In this document: positions 18,911 to 29,356 of the stretch, one piece after another
Numbering within the stretch: position 1 is the first letter of the stretch
How the letters are laid out: every line of letters begins with the position of its first letter
Source: an archaeon
GTDB lineage: Archaea; Nanobdellota; Nanobdellia; Pacearchaeales; GW2011-AR1
Reading direction: 5' to 3'
DNA length: 64,000 nucleotides
Assembly: GCA_030605415.1 (NCBI GenBank)
Contig: JAUWIJ010000006.1
Location: 2,335 to 66,334, forward strand
The notes under the pieces: model-generated
Database searches by the model: none
Seen by the model: the letters and a program-made list of their open reading frames with translations, nothing else
Told to the model about the DNA's origin: nothing
Made by a program: the position numbers and the translations under genes

Positions 18911-20149
18911 ATGCTAAAAGATATATTAATCTTGCAAAAACGGGAATTTCAAAATAAGATAAAAGAATTGTATGTTCAGAGAGAAACTGATTTTAAAAAA
19001 TTAAATGCCCCCCTGATTAAAATAATTGTCGGACCAAGGAGAGCGGGGAAATCGTTTTTTGCTTTGCATTTTTTATCTGAATTAAATAATTTTGGTTATG
19101 TTAATTTTGATGATGAGAGATTAGTTGAACTTAAAGACTATGACTCTTTGGTTGAAGCAATAAATTCCGTTTATAAAAATCCTAAGAATATTTTATTTGA
19201 CGAAATTCAAAATTTAGACAAATGGGAATTATTTGTGAACAGGTTAGCAAGACAAGGATTCAATTTAATAATTACAGGAAGCAACTCAAAACTTCTATCA
19301 AAAGAGCTTGCAACTCATTTAACAGGGAGACATTTTTTAATAAATCTTTTTCCGTTTTCGTTTAAGGAATATCTAAATTTATTTAAAAAAGATTTAACAA
19401 CAAATGAAATTAAAAATAAATTTGATGAGTATCTTTTTGAGGGAGGCTATCCTGAGCCAAAAATTAAAAAAATTGATAATAAAGATTATTTGATTAGCTT
19501 GTTTGACTCAATAATTTACAAAGATATAGTCAGAAGATATAATATTAGAAACCCAAATAAAATTAATGATTTAGCATATTATTTAATGTCAAATATTTCA
19601 AATGAATATTCTTTCAATTCTTTAAAAAAATTAACGAGCATAGAAAGTAGTCATACTGTTGAAAAATATTTGGAATATTTAGAGGAAGGTTTTATTTTCT
19701 TTAATGTAAAAAGATTTTCCTATAAAGTTAAAGAGCAACTGTCTTCTATAAAAAAAATTTACTGTATTGATAATGGTTTTATCAGCTCTAAGTCATTTAG
19801 GACTAGTCCTGATTATGGACGACTTTATGAGAATTTAGTAGCAATAAAATTAAAAAAATTGGAATTAGATAATAAAATTAATTTTTATTACTGGAAAAAT
19901 CAGCAACAGCAGGAAGTTGATTTTGTGATTAAGAAGGGTTTGAGGGTTCATAAATTAATTCAGGTTTGTTACGATGTTGATAATTTGAAGACAAAAAATA
20001 GAGAAGTTCGGGCGTTGATTAGTGCTTCAAAAGAATTAAAATGCAAGAATCTTTTAATCATTACAAGAGATAAAGAAATGAAAAAAAGTTTTGAGTGGTT
20101 TGGAATTAAAAGAAAAATAAAATTTATTCCGTTATGGAAATGGTTGTAA
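18911..20149 (+). CDS. AAA_14/DUF4143-type ATP-binding protein
   Basis: GPRRAGKS, FDEIQ, TGSNS, GGYPE, LYEN, EVDF. Confidence 0.9.
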   Translation: MLKDILILQKREFQNKIKELYVQRETDFKKLNAPLIKIIVGPRRAGKSFFALHFLSELNNFGYVNFDDERLVELKDYDSLVEAINSVYKNPKNILFDEIQNLDKWELFVNRLARQGFNLIITGSNSKLLSKELATHLTGRHFLINLFPFSFKEYLNLFKKDLTTNEIKNKFDEYLFEGGYPEPKIKKIDNKDYLISLFDSIIYKDIVRRYNIRNPNKINDLAYYLMSNISNEYSFNSLKKLTSIESSHTVEKYLEYLEEGFIFFNVKRFSYKVKEQLSSIKKIYCIDNGFISSKSFRTSPDYGRLYENLVAIKLKKLELDNKINFYYWKNQQQQEVDFVIKKGLRVHKLIQVCYDVDNLKTKNREVRALISASKELKCKNLLIITRDKEMKKSFEWFGIKRKIKFIPLWKWL

Positions 20150-20279
20150 AACATGGAAAATTATTTGTCACTTAGAGATTGTAAGTAATAGATTAATAAT
20201 AATTTTATAGGGATTTATTATAGATTATTATACAATCTATCGCAATAGTCTTTATAAGTTTAGATTCAGTTTTGAAATT

Positions 20280-20323
20280 ATGATTATTGGAATTACCGGA
20301 ACATTGGGTGCGGGGAAGGGGAC
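20280..20323 (+). pseudogene. Duplicated 5' end of the kinase-dCMP deaminase gene
   Basis: Encodes MIIGITGTLGAGKGT, as at 20486, with two synonymous differences. Confidence 0.9.
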
Positions 20324-20485
20324 AACGCTTCGCGCGGTATTCGGTATTCGGTATTCGGGCGCTACCCTCACAGATATAAAGGAGAAACAAGTTGGGGCAC
20401 GCTGTTCGCTGGTCGGAAGGATGACTTTGTCATCCGATTTGAGCAACTGGCGGAAGTTTGATTTTAATAGTGTGGGGGATTTATT

Positions 20486-21493
20486 ATGATTATTGGAATT
20501 ACTGGGACATTGGGTGCGGGGAAGGGGACGATTGTTGAATATCTTTTGAAGAAGGGTTTTAAGCATTATTCTGTTCGGGATTTTTTGGTCGAGGAAATTG
20601 TAAAAAGGGGAATAGAATCTAATCGGGAAAATATGGTTTTGGTTGCGAATGATTTGAGGGCGAAATTTGGTCCGAGTTGTATTGTTGAGGAGTTGTATAA
20701 AAAAGCGAAGAGCGATGGTGGAGATTGTGTCATTGAGAGTTTGCGATGTCCGGGAGAGGTTGAGGCATTAAAAGGAAAAAAAGATTTTGTTTTGTTTGCG
20801 GTTGATGCAGATATTGAAACGAGGTATACGAGAATTTTTGAGCGGGCGAGCGAAACGGATAGAATTTCGTTTGATGAATTTGTGGTGCAGGAACAGAAAG
20901 AGATGAGTTCGAGTGATCCGAATAAGCAGAATCTTCGAAGGTGTATTGAGATGGCGGATTACAAATTTAAAAATGATTGGACAATTTCCGAATTGCACGA
21001 GAAGGTAGAGAAAGTTTTAGAGAAAATTAGTGGGGTTAAAAAACATGTTAGACCGACGTGGGATGAGTATTTTATGGAAATTTGCAGGGCGGTTGCAAAG
21101 CGTGGAACCTGCGATAGGGGGAGGAGCGGTTGTGTTATTGTTAGGGGTAAGCAGGTTTTGGTGACGGGTTATGTTGGGTCACCGGTTGGGTTGCCTCACT
21201 GCGATGATGTTGGGCATCAGTTTGAAAATACTATTCATGAGGATGGCGTAGAGCGGGCGCATTGCATTCGGATCACGCATGCTGAACAAAATGCTATTTG
21301 TCAGGCGGCAAAGCTTGGAATTCCTATTAATGGGGCTACGCTTTATTGTAAGATGGAGCCGTGTCCAGTTTGTGCAAAGATGATTATTAATTCCGGAATA
21401 AAAAGAGTTGTTTGTGAGAAACGGTATCAATCTGGGGCACAGAGCTTGATGGAAGAAGCTGGAATTTTGGTTGAAGAGATTAAGGAGTATTAA
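20486..21493 (+). CDS. P-loop kinase-like domain fused to dCMP deaminase
   Basis: GTLGAGKGT; RPTWDEYFM, HAEQNA, PCPVC. Confidence 0.9.
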   Translation: MIIGITGTLGAGKGTIVEYLLKKGFKHYSVRDFLVEEIVKRGIESNRENMVLVANDLRAKFGPSCIVEELYKKAKSDGGDCVIESLRCPGEVEALKGKKDFVLFAVDADIETRYTRIFERASETDRISFDEFVVQEQKEMSSSDPNKQNLRRCIEMADYKFKNDWTISELHEKVEKVLEKISGVKKHVRPTWDEYFMEICRAVAKRGTCDRGRSGCVIVRGKQVLVTGYVGSPVGLPHCDDVGHQFENTIHEDGVERAHCIRITHAEQNAICQAAKLGIPINGATLYCKMEPCPVCAKMIINSGIKRVVCEKRYQSGAQSLMEEAGILVEEIKEY

Positions 21494-21611
21494 GGTTAGA
21501 ATATTAATGGGATTGTTATTATGCTCGCGAGATTCAGGGTAGAAGTGTGTATGGTAACAAGATAGTATTGAGTGTAATAATATTTATAATAGTGAGAGAT
21601 AATATTTATTT

Positions 21612-22241
21612 ATGAATAATCGTGTTACAGTTATTAGGGAAGGGGAATTGGGAAGTCGTCCTAATTGGGATGAATATTTTATGAATTTGGCTATTGGTGT
21701 TTCTAGTCGTGCTTCCTGCTATAAAGTTCATGCTGGCTCTATTTTAGTGAGAAATAAGCGCATAGTTGGAACAGGGTACAATGGTGCTCCTGCTGGGGCC
21801 GAGTCCTGTTTGGAAAAAAAGAGGTGTCATAAAGAGATTGAAACAGGTAATAGCTATGAAAAAACTATGAATATGGGGCTTTGTCGTGGAGTTCATGGAG
21901 AGATGAATGCATTGCATCATTTGACTCAGCAGTCCAAGATGTCTGAGTTATCTTTATACACTACCATTTTTCCATGCAATAGTTGTGCTAAGAATATTTA
22001 TGGGATTGAGAAGTTGGTTTTCAAGTCTGCCTATGATTCTAGAGAGTTTGATTCTGCTCTTGATTTATTTTTAGAAGGTGGAACTGATGTTTATCAGTTA
22101 GATATGAGCCCCATGAGAAAAATAGATATTGATATTAATCATTCTAATGTTGTCCATGGTATTTGGTCTCCTAAACATATGGAACAGATTGTCGAGATGA
22201 GGAAAATGCTGAAAAAGTTAAGGGGAGAATATGAAATTTAA
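21612..22241 (+). CDS. dCMP deaminase family protein (second copy)
   Basis: RPNWDEYFM, GYNG, HGEMNA, PCNSC. Confidence 0.88.
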   Translation: MNNRVTVIREGELGSRPNWDEYFMNLAIGVSSRASCYKVHAGSILVRNKRIVGTGYNGAPAGAESCLEKKRCHKEIETGNSYEKTMNMGLCRGVHGEMNALHHLTQQSKMSELSLYTTIFPCNSCAKNIYGIEKLVFKSAYDSREFDSALDLFLEGGTDVYQLDMSPMRKIDIDINHSNVVHGIWSPKHMEQIVEMRKMLKKLRGEYEI

Positions 22242-23673
22242 ACCAATTTATTACAAAAAAGAAAATCCTGTAGATAAAGGATTGTCTGTTGTCAATGATA
22301 AAGGTAGTGCGGGTATTGTTACATTATGGACGAATCCAGATAGATATAAGGACAGGTTAATAAGCAGATATCCAAAACTTTTTGAAAGTGATTCTCAATT
22401 GGTTACACTTACTAGTCTTTATGGTAACGGCTTACCTCAAATGCTTGCAAATCTATCTTATAATCCGCAGATTGCACGAATTGCCATAACAGGGGTTGAT
22501 ACAAAGGTTGTTCCTATCTCAGAATATCTGACGAATTTTTTGAAAGGAAATGTTGACCTTAGAGATTATGGTGGAGTGCCCATGAATAAAATTCAGGGGA
22601 GCCAATATTATCTTGATTCTCAGTTGAATCCTGAAATGTTTAAATATTTAGAGGTTAAAAAATTTGAAACTTCTGATTTGGAGGGGGTTGCTAATTATAT
22701 TACTAGTTCACGCCAGCGGGGCGTTTCTGAATCTGATCGTATCAGGATTAAATTAGCTGAACCTGAATTTACAGATTTCCCTTCCGATTTGTCTGAACAT
22801 AATATTATTACTAGGACTCCCCTAAAGGCCTGGCGTGAAGTATTATGGCATTTAGATAGATTTGGGAAAAGTATTAATATTAAAAAAGGAGTCCGTCGCG
22901 GATTATATAATCTTGATGTCTGCGTTACTGATGCCTCTTTTGAGAATAAATCTCTTTTAAAAAAGTGGGGCTTTAATATTAATTCATTAAAAGAATATCA
23001 AAAAGATATTTTAGACAAAGTGCTCCTGGATGGGGCGGGCTATGGCTATGGGAATAGAATAGGAGATTATTTTGGCGGCAATGCTTTGGAAAAAGTTTCT
23101 GAACTTCTTAATCAAGATTCTTTCAGTAGACATGCCTTTGTCTCTCTTTGGGATACCCGGAGAGATCTTTTAGAGAGAAAATCTTCACCGTGTTTCACCG
23201 ATGCATATTTCATTAAAGACGTTAAGGACAATTCTTTAATGATGACTGCGAGTTTTAGGACGCATAATGCCGCATCGGCTTGGCTTATTAATCTGTATGG
23301 TCTTCGAGCTATACAGGAGAAAGTCGCGAGCAATACAGGCATGAATCCAGGGAAAATCAATCTTCGAAGTAGGTGGATTGGGATTGATCCTCTGGACCCT
23401 AAGATTATTGGGACTTTGGAGAAAATTAAAGCAAAGAGAAATATTCCGATTGACATTAATGATTCAAAGGGATATTATATTATTGATACTGATGCTGATA
23501 AGATTATTGTCCAGCATTTTAGTCCCGATAGTGTTCGCCTTGAAGAGATTGTGGGGGGTAGCGCAGAGGATATTAAAAACAAGTTAAGACAAATAGACGG
23601 ATTCTCATCTACCGATCATGCTATGTGGGTTGGGATGCAACTTGCTAATGCTGAGAGAAAGTTGAGGAAGTAA
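22231..23673 (+). CDS. Thymidylate synthase-like protein with extra N-terminal and DUF4346-like C-terminal domains
   Basis: YGYGNRI, SRHAFVSLWD, SPC, FRTHN..AWLIN; C-terminal DSKGYYII...DHAMWVG. Confidence 0.75.
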   Translation: MKFKPIYYKKENPVDKGLSVVNDKGSAGIVTLWTNPDRYKDRLISRYPKLFESDSQLVTLTSLYGNGLPQMLANLSYNPQIARIAITGVDTKVVPISEYLTNFLKGNVDLRDYGGVPMNKIQGSQYYLDSQLNPEMFKYLEVKKFETSDLEGVANYITSSRQRGVSESDRIRIKLAEPEFTDFPSDLSEHNIITRTPLKAWREVLWHLDRFGKSINIKKGVRRGLYNLDVCVTDASFENKSLLKKWGFNINSLKEYQKDILDKVLLDGAGYGYGNRIGDYFGGNALEKVSELLNQDSFSRHAFVSLWDTRRDLLERKSSPCFTDAYFIKDVKDNSLMMTASFRTHNAASAWLINLYGLRAIQEKVASNTGMNPGKINLRSRWIGIDPLDPKIIGTLEKIKAKRNIPIDINDSKGYYIIDTDADKIIVQHFSPDSVRLEEIVGGSAEDIKNKLRQIDGFSSTDHAMWVGMQLANAERKLRK

Positions 23674-23732
23674 GAGAAATATATATTTTAAATTATAATA
23701 GTCTTTAAATATTGTGGGAATGTGATTTTTGT

Positions 23733-24380
23733 ATGGCATTAAGCGGAGCAAAAGTGGTAGGATTTGATCTTGATGGGACGCTGTATAAGAATACCCCCGA
23801 GATTGATAATCGTGTTCGAATGCAGATAGCACATAAATTATTAAACAAATGTGTTTCCCTTGATAATATTAATAGTGCTAGAGATTTTTTTGAGAAGAGG
23901 TATGCTGAAATTCAAAGTGGGACAGGAGTTTTGAGAGAGGTGGGCTATGAAGATGCCTCGGCTACTATGGATGATTGCTTAGCGAATGCCGACGTGGTCA
24001 ACTTAATAGAATTTAATCCTGAATTAAATGAAATCTTGAGGGGAGTGAATAGCCAATATGTCACTTATATTTTAACCAGTAGCCCTATGAATTTGAGTTT
24101 ATCAAAACTTGAAAAGATTGGAATTGCTGATATTTTTGATTTTATGTTTTTTGGGGATAATCCTATCGGACTTTCTAAAAGTAAAGGAACGGCTTTCGAT
24201 TATGCAATTAATCAAATAGGATTTAGTGGTGAAGATTATATATATATTGGGGACCGTTTGAACTCAGACATTCTTCCCGCAAAAAACAAAGGGATGAGCA
24301 CTGTCGCTGTTTGGAAAAATATTTCTGAGGCAGATTATTACATTGAGAATATTAAAGATATCGGAGAATTAATATTATGA
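23733..24380 (+). CDS. HAD family hydrolase
   Basis: FDLDGTLY, YIGDRLNSDI. Confidence 0.9.
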   Translation: MALSGAKVVGFDLDGTLYKNTPEIDNRVRMQIAHKLLNKCVSLDNINSARDFFEKRYAEIQSGTGVLREVGYEDASATMDDCLANADVVNLIEFNPELNEILRGVNSQYVTYILTSSPMNLSLSKLEKIGIADIFDFMFFGDNPIGLSKSKGTAFDYAINQIGFSGEDYIYIGDRLNSDILPAKNKGMSTVAVWKNISEADYYIENIKDIGELIL

Positions 24381-25156
24381 GTGAAAGTTGTATCAGGATT
24401 GACATTGTAAAAGAGATACCGTTTGTGGGCAATGGAGATAGTTTGGTTAATAGATTAAGAAAGGTTTCACTTAAGGGGTTTCCCGATGTCAAAATCTACA
24501 AAGATGCTTCGTTTGCTCTTCAGACTTTGAGTTCGGACGAGATAATTGAAAATTTACATACACCGCAACCCCATGTTTATAGAGATAAGCTTAATAGGGT
24601 TTCGTCGTTGCGCAAACTGTTCCTAGAAAAGGGCATAGATATTTTACATTTAAATAATGCTTATGATTTTATTGCAGAAGACAACAGGCATGTCCGAACC
24701 AATTGGACGATGATTTCTCCAGTTGTTGAGAGTTTTGGCATCCCTATAAATTCTAGAGGTGGGTTCAATTATACTCCTTTAATTGGGAGAAGATTGCGCG
24801 CTAAGTTAACGGAAAAAGAATTGGATGTTAATCCAGAGGTGGCCAATATTCCTTATACTTTAAAAGAAGATACCTGCAATTTAATTAATGATGGGTCACA
24901 TAGAATTCATTGCGGTGTTGAAAGTAAAAATGGAATTAAAGTTATAAAAATTGCGGGGATGGTTGGGGGCTTTCCTTATTATGCTGTTCCGCAGTTATAT
25001 TCAAATATTAAAGTAATTAAAGATAGAGATCAAAAATCTATCGAAACTAAGATTCATGTGGTAGAAGCTCCTGGGCATAAAGATTTGTATAGGCTTTTTC
25101 CTTCTGGTGGAATTATGTCGGGGGATGTTCGTTCAGACAATCGCCTCAAGGAATGA
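24377..25156 (+). CDS. Hypothetical protein with a ParB/Srx-like DGxHR motif
   Basis: LINDGSHR; overlaps the HAD stop codon. Confidence 0.55.
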   Translation: MSESCIRIDIVKEIPFVGNGDSLVNRLRKVSLKGFPDVKIYKDASFALQTLSSDEIIENLHTPQPHVYRDKLNRVSSLRKLFLEKGIDILHLNNAYDFIAEDNRHVRTNWTMISPVVESFGIPINSRGGFNYTPLIGRRLRAKLTEKELDVNPEVANIPYTLKEDTCNLINDGSHRIHCGVESKNGIKVIKIAGMVGGFPYYAVPQLYSNIKVIKDRDQKSIETKIHVVEAPGHKDLYRLFPSGGIMSGDVRSDNRLKE

Positions 25157-25217
25157 GCCAGAGTTTTAGTATTAATTAAGCATAGTTTTTTAAATAAAAT
25201 TTTTCATAGTTTTATAT

Positions 25218-25292
25218 GGCTCCATAGCTCAGCCTGGTCAGAGCACTGGACTTTTAATCCAGGTGTCGGGGGTTCAAATCCCCCTGGGGCCA
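25218..25292 (+). tRNA. tRNA-Lys(TTT)
   Basis: GGCTCCA/TGGGGCC acceptor stem, ctgga-cTTTtaa-like loop (cttttaa)-tccag arm, GGTTCAAATCC. Confidence 0.96.
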
Positions 25293-25501
25293 TTTGAACA
25301 CACGACAGTCGGGGGCGAATAAAACGCTTTGAGGAAAAACAAATTCAAAATCAAATATTTTTCGAAATGTATTTTATGAGTAAAATCCCCTGGGGCCATA
25401 AGGATTTGAACCCAACGATTCAACCTTCGTTTCAAAGAAACTCGGCCGAAATCTTACAGATTTCTAAAAGAACGTAAAGTTCTTTTAATCCCCCTGAGTC
25501 A
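25292..25501 (+). repeat. Two rounds of inverted plus interrupted direct copies of the tRNA-Lys 3' end
   Basis: atttgaacacacgac; gtcggggg-[insert]-aaatcccctggggcca; ggatttgaaccc; ttcaa-[insert]-aatccccctgagtca. Confidence 0.85.
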
Positions 25502-25668
25502 TTGTAGTTTGTATTTTGGTTATGTGATTCCTCCTCGCCAAACTTTTTGATTTTTTCCATTAAAATTGTGAATTTTAACACGAACTACTTTAAAATAATA
25601 AAAAGCAAAAGGTTTTTAAAGGCATTTTTGATATTTTTGATATCTAAAGAGATATTCTAAAACGTAAA

Positions 25669-25863
25669 ATGCATATACTCCAACCGAAGCACGCAAAATT
25701 GAGTCAGAATGAAGTTAAAACGATTCTTGATAAGTTCAATATTGCGTTGGCACAGCTGCCAAAGATTTCTAAAAAAGATCCGGCGCTTCCAGAGGGTTGC
25801 GAGACTGGTGATATTGTTAAGATTTCCCGGGTTGGCGAGATGTATTACAGGGTCGTGATTTAA
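25669..25863 (+). CDS. rpo5: RNA polymerase subunit Rpo5 (H)
   Basis: HILQPKH, LPKI...DP, GDIVKI, YYRVV. Confidence 0.95.
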   Translation: MHILQPKHAKLSQNEVKTILDKFNIALAQLPKISKKDPALPEGCETGDIVKISRVGEMYYRVVI

Positions 25864-25864
25864 G

Positions 25865-28800
25865 ATGGTTGAGGCAAATGAACACATTTTGGTTAAGAAA
25901 TTTTTGCAGAATCATTCGTTGGTTGAATCTAATATTAAATCGTTTAATGATTTTATCGAGAATCGTATGCAGGAAATTGTTACTGAGTTGTCCGATGCTT
26001 TGTCTAATGATGATTTTGAAATTAAGTTAGGTAAAATCAGGGTCGGCAAACCAAATATGATTGAGGCTGACGGTTCTTCGAGACTCGTTACTCCTGCTGA
26101 AGTTAGGTTAAGAAAATTGACTTACTCGGCGCCGATTTGGATGGAGATGACAATTAATTATGCGGGGCAGGTTGAGAACGAGGAGGTTCAGCTTGGTAGA
26201 ATTCCGATTATGGTTAAGAGTAAATTTTGTAATCTTGATGGGATGAACGAAGAGGAATTGATTAAGAATTATATTGACCCTAAAGATTATGGTGGTTATT
26301 TTTTGATTAATGGCAACGAGAGAGTGATGGTTATGGCTGAGGATTTGGCTTCTAATCAGACTTTTGTCGAATGGCAGAAAATCAAAAAGCGTTTGATGCT
26401 TAGACTGTTTTCTCAGAGAGGCGCTTATAAAATTCCGGTTTCTTTGGTTGAGAGTCCTGAAGGAATTTTGGAAACGTCGTTTTCACGTTTTAGAGATATA
26501 CCAACTATTGTTTTACTGAAGGCGTTGGGACTTACGAGCGATGCGGATATAGTTAAGTTGATTAAGAAACAGACAGATAGTTTGGTTGTTAATCTTTACG
26601 AGTTCGCAGATATTGTGAGTGTGAACGATGCTTTAATGTGGATTGCGGAGAAGAGCTCGTTGCAGGGAACGAACAAGGAAATGCTTGACAGGGTTAATCA
26701 GAGGATAGATTTGTATTTTTTGCCACATATTGGTTTAGATAAGAATGCGCGGGTGGAGAAAGCTAAGACTCTTTGCAAATTTATTAAACAGTTTTATATT
26801 GCGAGGGAGAATCCCAGTGCGGCTATGACGGATAAGGATCATTATGCTAACAAGAGAGTTCGGTTGTCGGGCGATTTGTTGTCTGATTTATTCAGGGTTA
26901 ATATTAATATTCTTTTGAGAGAGGTTCAGCATACTTTGCAAAAAACCGTGAAGAGGCGGAAGTTTTATTCGATTAAAACGATTGCAAAATCAACTTTATT
27001 TACTCATCGGGTTGAAAGTGCGATTGCGACTGGTTCGTGGATTGGTGAACGGAAGGGTGTTACGCAAAATATGGATAAGAATAATTCGTTTGCGATTATG
27101 TCTCAATTACAGAGAGTGACTTCTACTTTGCCAGGAGAACAAGAAAATTTACCTGCGAGGACTGTTCATCCTACGCATTATGGTAGGTTCTGTCCGATTG
27201 AAACTCCTGAGGGAACTGAGATTGGTTTGAGGAAGAATTTGGCTTTGTTGGCGAGGATTTCGACAAGAACCACTATGGAGCATGAGGGCGTTTTGAAAGT
27301 TTTGAAAAATGGCGGGATGAATGATGATGGCACTTTAGATGTTTTCTATAATGGTCGATTTATTGGAGCTGTTGACGATGCTAATGTTTTTTTGAAGAAT
27401 ATTAAGAGTGAGAGGAGAACTGGAAATTTGCCTATTGAAATGTCTATTCGGTTTGATAGATTTTTAGATACGGTTTTTATTAATTCTGAAATTGGCAGGG
27501 TGATTAGACCTTTGATTATTGTTGAGAGCGGTAAGCCCAGATTAAAAGAAGAGCATTTGGTTATGGTTAAGGATGGTTCTCTAACCTGGAGGAATTTGTT
27601 TGAAAAGGGAATTTTGGAATATCTTGACGCTGCCGAGGAGGACGATTGTTATATTTGTCTTAAAGAGGACGGGTTAACTGAGGAACATACACATTTAGAG
27701 ATTGATGAGATGGATATTTTTGGTGTTAGTGTTTCGTTGATTCCGTTTGGCAATCATGATCCTCCAGCGCGTATGGTTAAGGGTGGTTCGAGGGCATATA
27801 GACAGGGGCTTGGTCTTTATGCGGGTAATTTTCCGGTGAGGATTGATAACGATGTTTCGATGTTGCACTATCCGCAAAAGCCGTTGGTGCGAAGTTTTAC
27901 TTATGATACTTTAAATGTTCATCCTGTTGGGCAGAATGTTATTTTGGCGGTTATGCCTTATGAGGGTTACAATATGGAGGATGCTACTGTTTTGAATAGC
28001 GGTTCTGTCGATAGAGGATTTGGCAGGAGTTCACGATTTAAGCCTTATGTTTCGGTTGAGTTGAATTATGCTGGTGGTCTTCAGGATGAAATTTGTATTC
28101 CAGATAAAGATGTTTCTGGTTATAGAATTGAGGAGAGTTATAGATTTTTAGAGGATGATGGAATTGTTTTTCCTGAGGCTGAAGTGAGAGAGGGCGAGGT
28201 TGTTATTGGTAAAGTTAGTCCGCCTAAGTTTTTAAGTGAAGCCCGTGAGATTTCAATCCAGACAAAAAAGGAAAATTCTTCGGCGATTAAGCAGGAGGAG
28301 TTGGGGATTATTGACGCTGTTTTTCTTACTCACGATAAGGAGGGTAACAGGATTGTTCAGGTTAGGGTTAGAGAGTTGAGAGTTCCTGAGATTGGGGATA
28401 AGTTTTCGGTGCCTCATGGACAGAAGGGTATCGTAGGTATGATTGCTCCTGAGCAGGATATTCCGTTTACGGTTGGCGGCATTAAACCGGATATTATGTT
28501 TAATCCGCATGGTATACCTTCTCGTATGACGGTTGGTTATTTGATGGATATTCTTGGCGGAAAGGTTGCGGCTTTGTCTGGGAGGATTGTTAATGCATCG
28601 TCTTTTTCCGGAGAGACAATTGATAGTCTGGAAAACAACCTGAAGAAACTTGGGTTTAGGCAGAGCGGTAAAGAAGTTATGTATAATGGTATTACGGGAC
28701 AGAGGATGCCGATTAAAATTTTTATTGGTAATATGTTTTATTTGAAGTTGAAGTATATGGTCGCGGATAAAATACATGCCCGTGCTTCGGGTAAAATTGC

Positions 28801-29125
28801 CTTGTTAACGAGACAGCCGATTGAAGGTAGGGCTCGTGGCGGTGCTTTGAGACTTGGGGAAATGGAGCAGGAAGCTTTGGTTGGTCATGGAGCGTCTCTT
28901 CTTTTGAAAGAGCGTTATGATTCAGATAAGGTTGTAATTAATATCTGTTCAAAGTGTGGGAGTATTGTTATCGACGACCAAATTCATAATAAAAGAGTTT
29001 GTTCGCTTTGTCATTCAAATCAGGTCGAGTTTGTTGAGGTTTCGTATGCATTTAAGTTATTGATTGAAGAATTACAGGGGTTGCATTTATTAACTAAATT
29101 CGGATTGAAAAATAAATACGAATGA
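25865..29125 (+). CDS. rpo2: RNA polymerase subunit Rpo2 (B), unsplit
   Basis: CPIETPEG, GYNMED, GDKF..HGQKG, NPHGIPSRMT, GALRLGEME. Confidence 0.98.
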   Translation: MVEANEHILVKKFLQNHSLVESNIKSFNDFIENRMQEIVTELSDALSNDDFEIKLGKIRVGKPNMIEADGSSRLVTPAEVRLRKLTYSAPIWMEMTINYAGQVENEEVQLGRIPIMVKSKFCNLDGMNEEELIKNYIDPKDYGGYFLINGNERVMVMAEDLASNQTFVEWQKIKKRLMLRLFSQRGAYKIPVSLVESPEGILETSFSRFRDIPTIVLLKALGLTSDADIVKLIKKQTDSLVVNLYEFADIVSVNDALMWIAEKSSLQGTNKEMLDRVNQRIDLYFLPHIGLDKNARVEKAKTLCKFIKQFYIARENPSAAMTDKDHYANKRVRLSGDLLSDLFRVNINILLREVQHTLQKTVKRRKFYSIKTIAKSTLFTHRVESAIATGSWIGERKGVTQNMDKNNSFAIMSQLQRVTSTLPGEQENLPARTVHPTHYGRFCPIETPEGTEIGLRKNLALLARISTRTTMEHEGVLKVLKNGGMNDDGTLDVFYNGRFIGAVDDANVFLKNIKSERRTGNLPIEMSIRFDRFLDTVFINSEIGRVIRPLIIVESGKPRLKEEHLVMVKDGSLTWRNLFEKGILEYLDAAEEDDCYICLKEDGLTEEHTHLEIDEMDIFGVSVSLIPFGNHDPPARMVKGGSRAYRQGLGLYAGNFPVRIDNDVSMLHYPQKPLVRSFTYDTLNVHPVGQNVILAVMPYEGYNMEDATVLNSGSVDRGFGRSSRFKPYVSVELNYAGGLQDEICIPDKDVSGYRIEESYRFLEDDGIVFPEAEVREGEVVIGKVSPPKFLSEAREISIQTKKENSSAIKQEELGIIDAVFLTHDKEGNRIVQVRVRELRVPEIGDKFSVPHGQKGIVGMIAPEQDIPFTVGGIKPDIMFNPHGIPSRMTVGYLMDILGGKVAALSGRIVNASSFSGETIDSLENNLKKLGFRQSGKEVMYNGITGQRMPIKIFIGNMFYLKLKYMVADKIHARASGKIALLTRQPIEGRARGGALRLGEMEQEALVGHGASLLLKERYDSDKVVINICSKCGSIVIDDQIHNKRVCSLCHSNQVEFVEVSYAFKLLIEELQGLHLLTKFGLKNKYE

Positions 29126-29355
29126 TGGCAAATATTATTTTAGATGGACTGGATGAGTTTGAGGAATTTTTGAAAGGATTAGGTTATGGTAAAGAGGACA
29201 GGGGGATAAGATATCCGATTAATAATACTGGGTATTCTGAGGAGAAACTTTGTTCGCAATTGCCAAATTGTTTAAAGTCAAAAGAGAGTGCAAGAGTGTT
29301 TGATGAATATTGTTCGGGCGATTATAATAAATGTGAAGACAAGGTGTTAAATTAA
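29122..29355 (+). CDS. Hypothetical protein between rpo2 and rpo1
   Basis: 77 aa, four Cys; translationally coupled on both sides. Confidence 0.6.
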   Translation: MMANIILDGLDEFEEFLKGLGYGKEDRGIRYPINNTGYSEEKLCSQLPNCLKSKESARVFDEYCSGDYNKCEDKVLN

Positions 29356-29356
29356 A

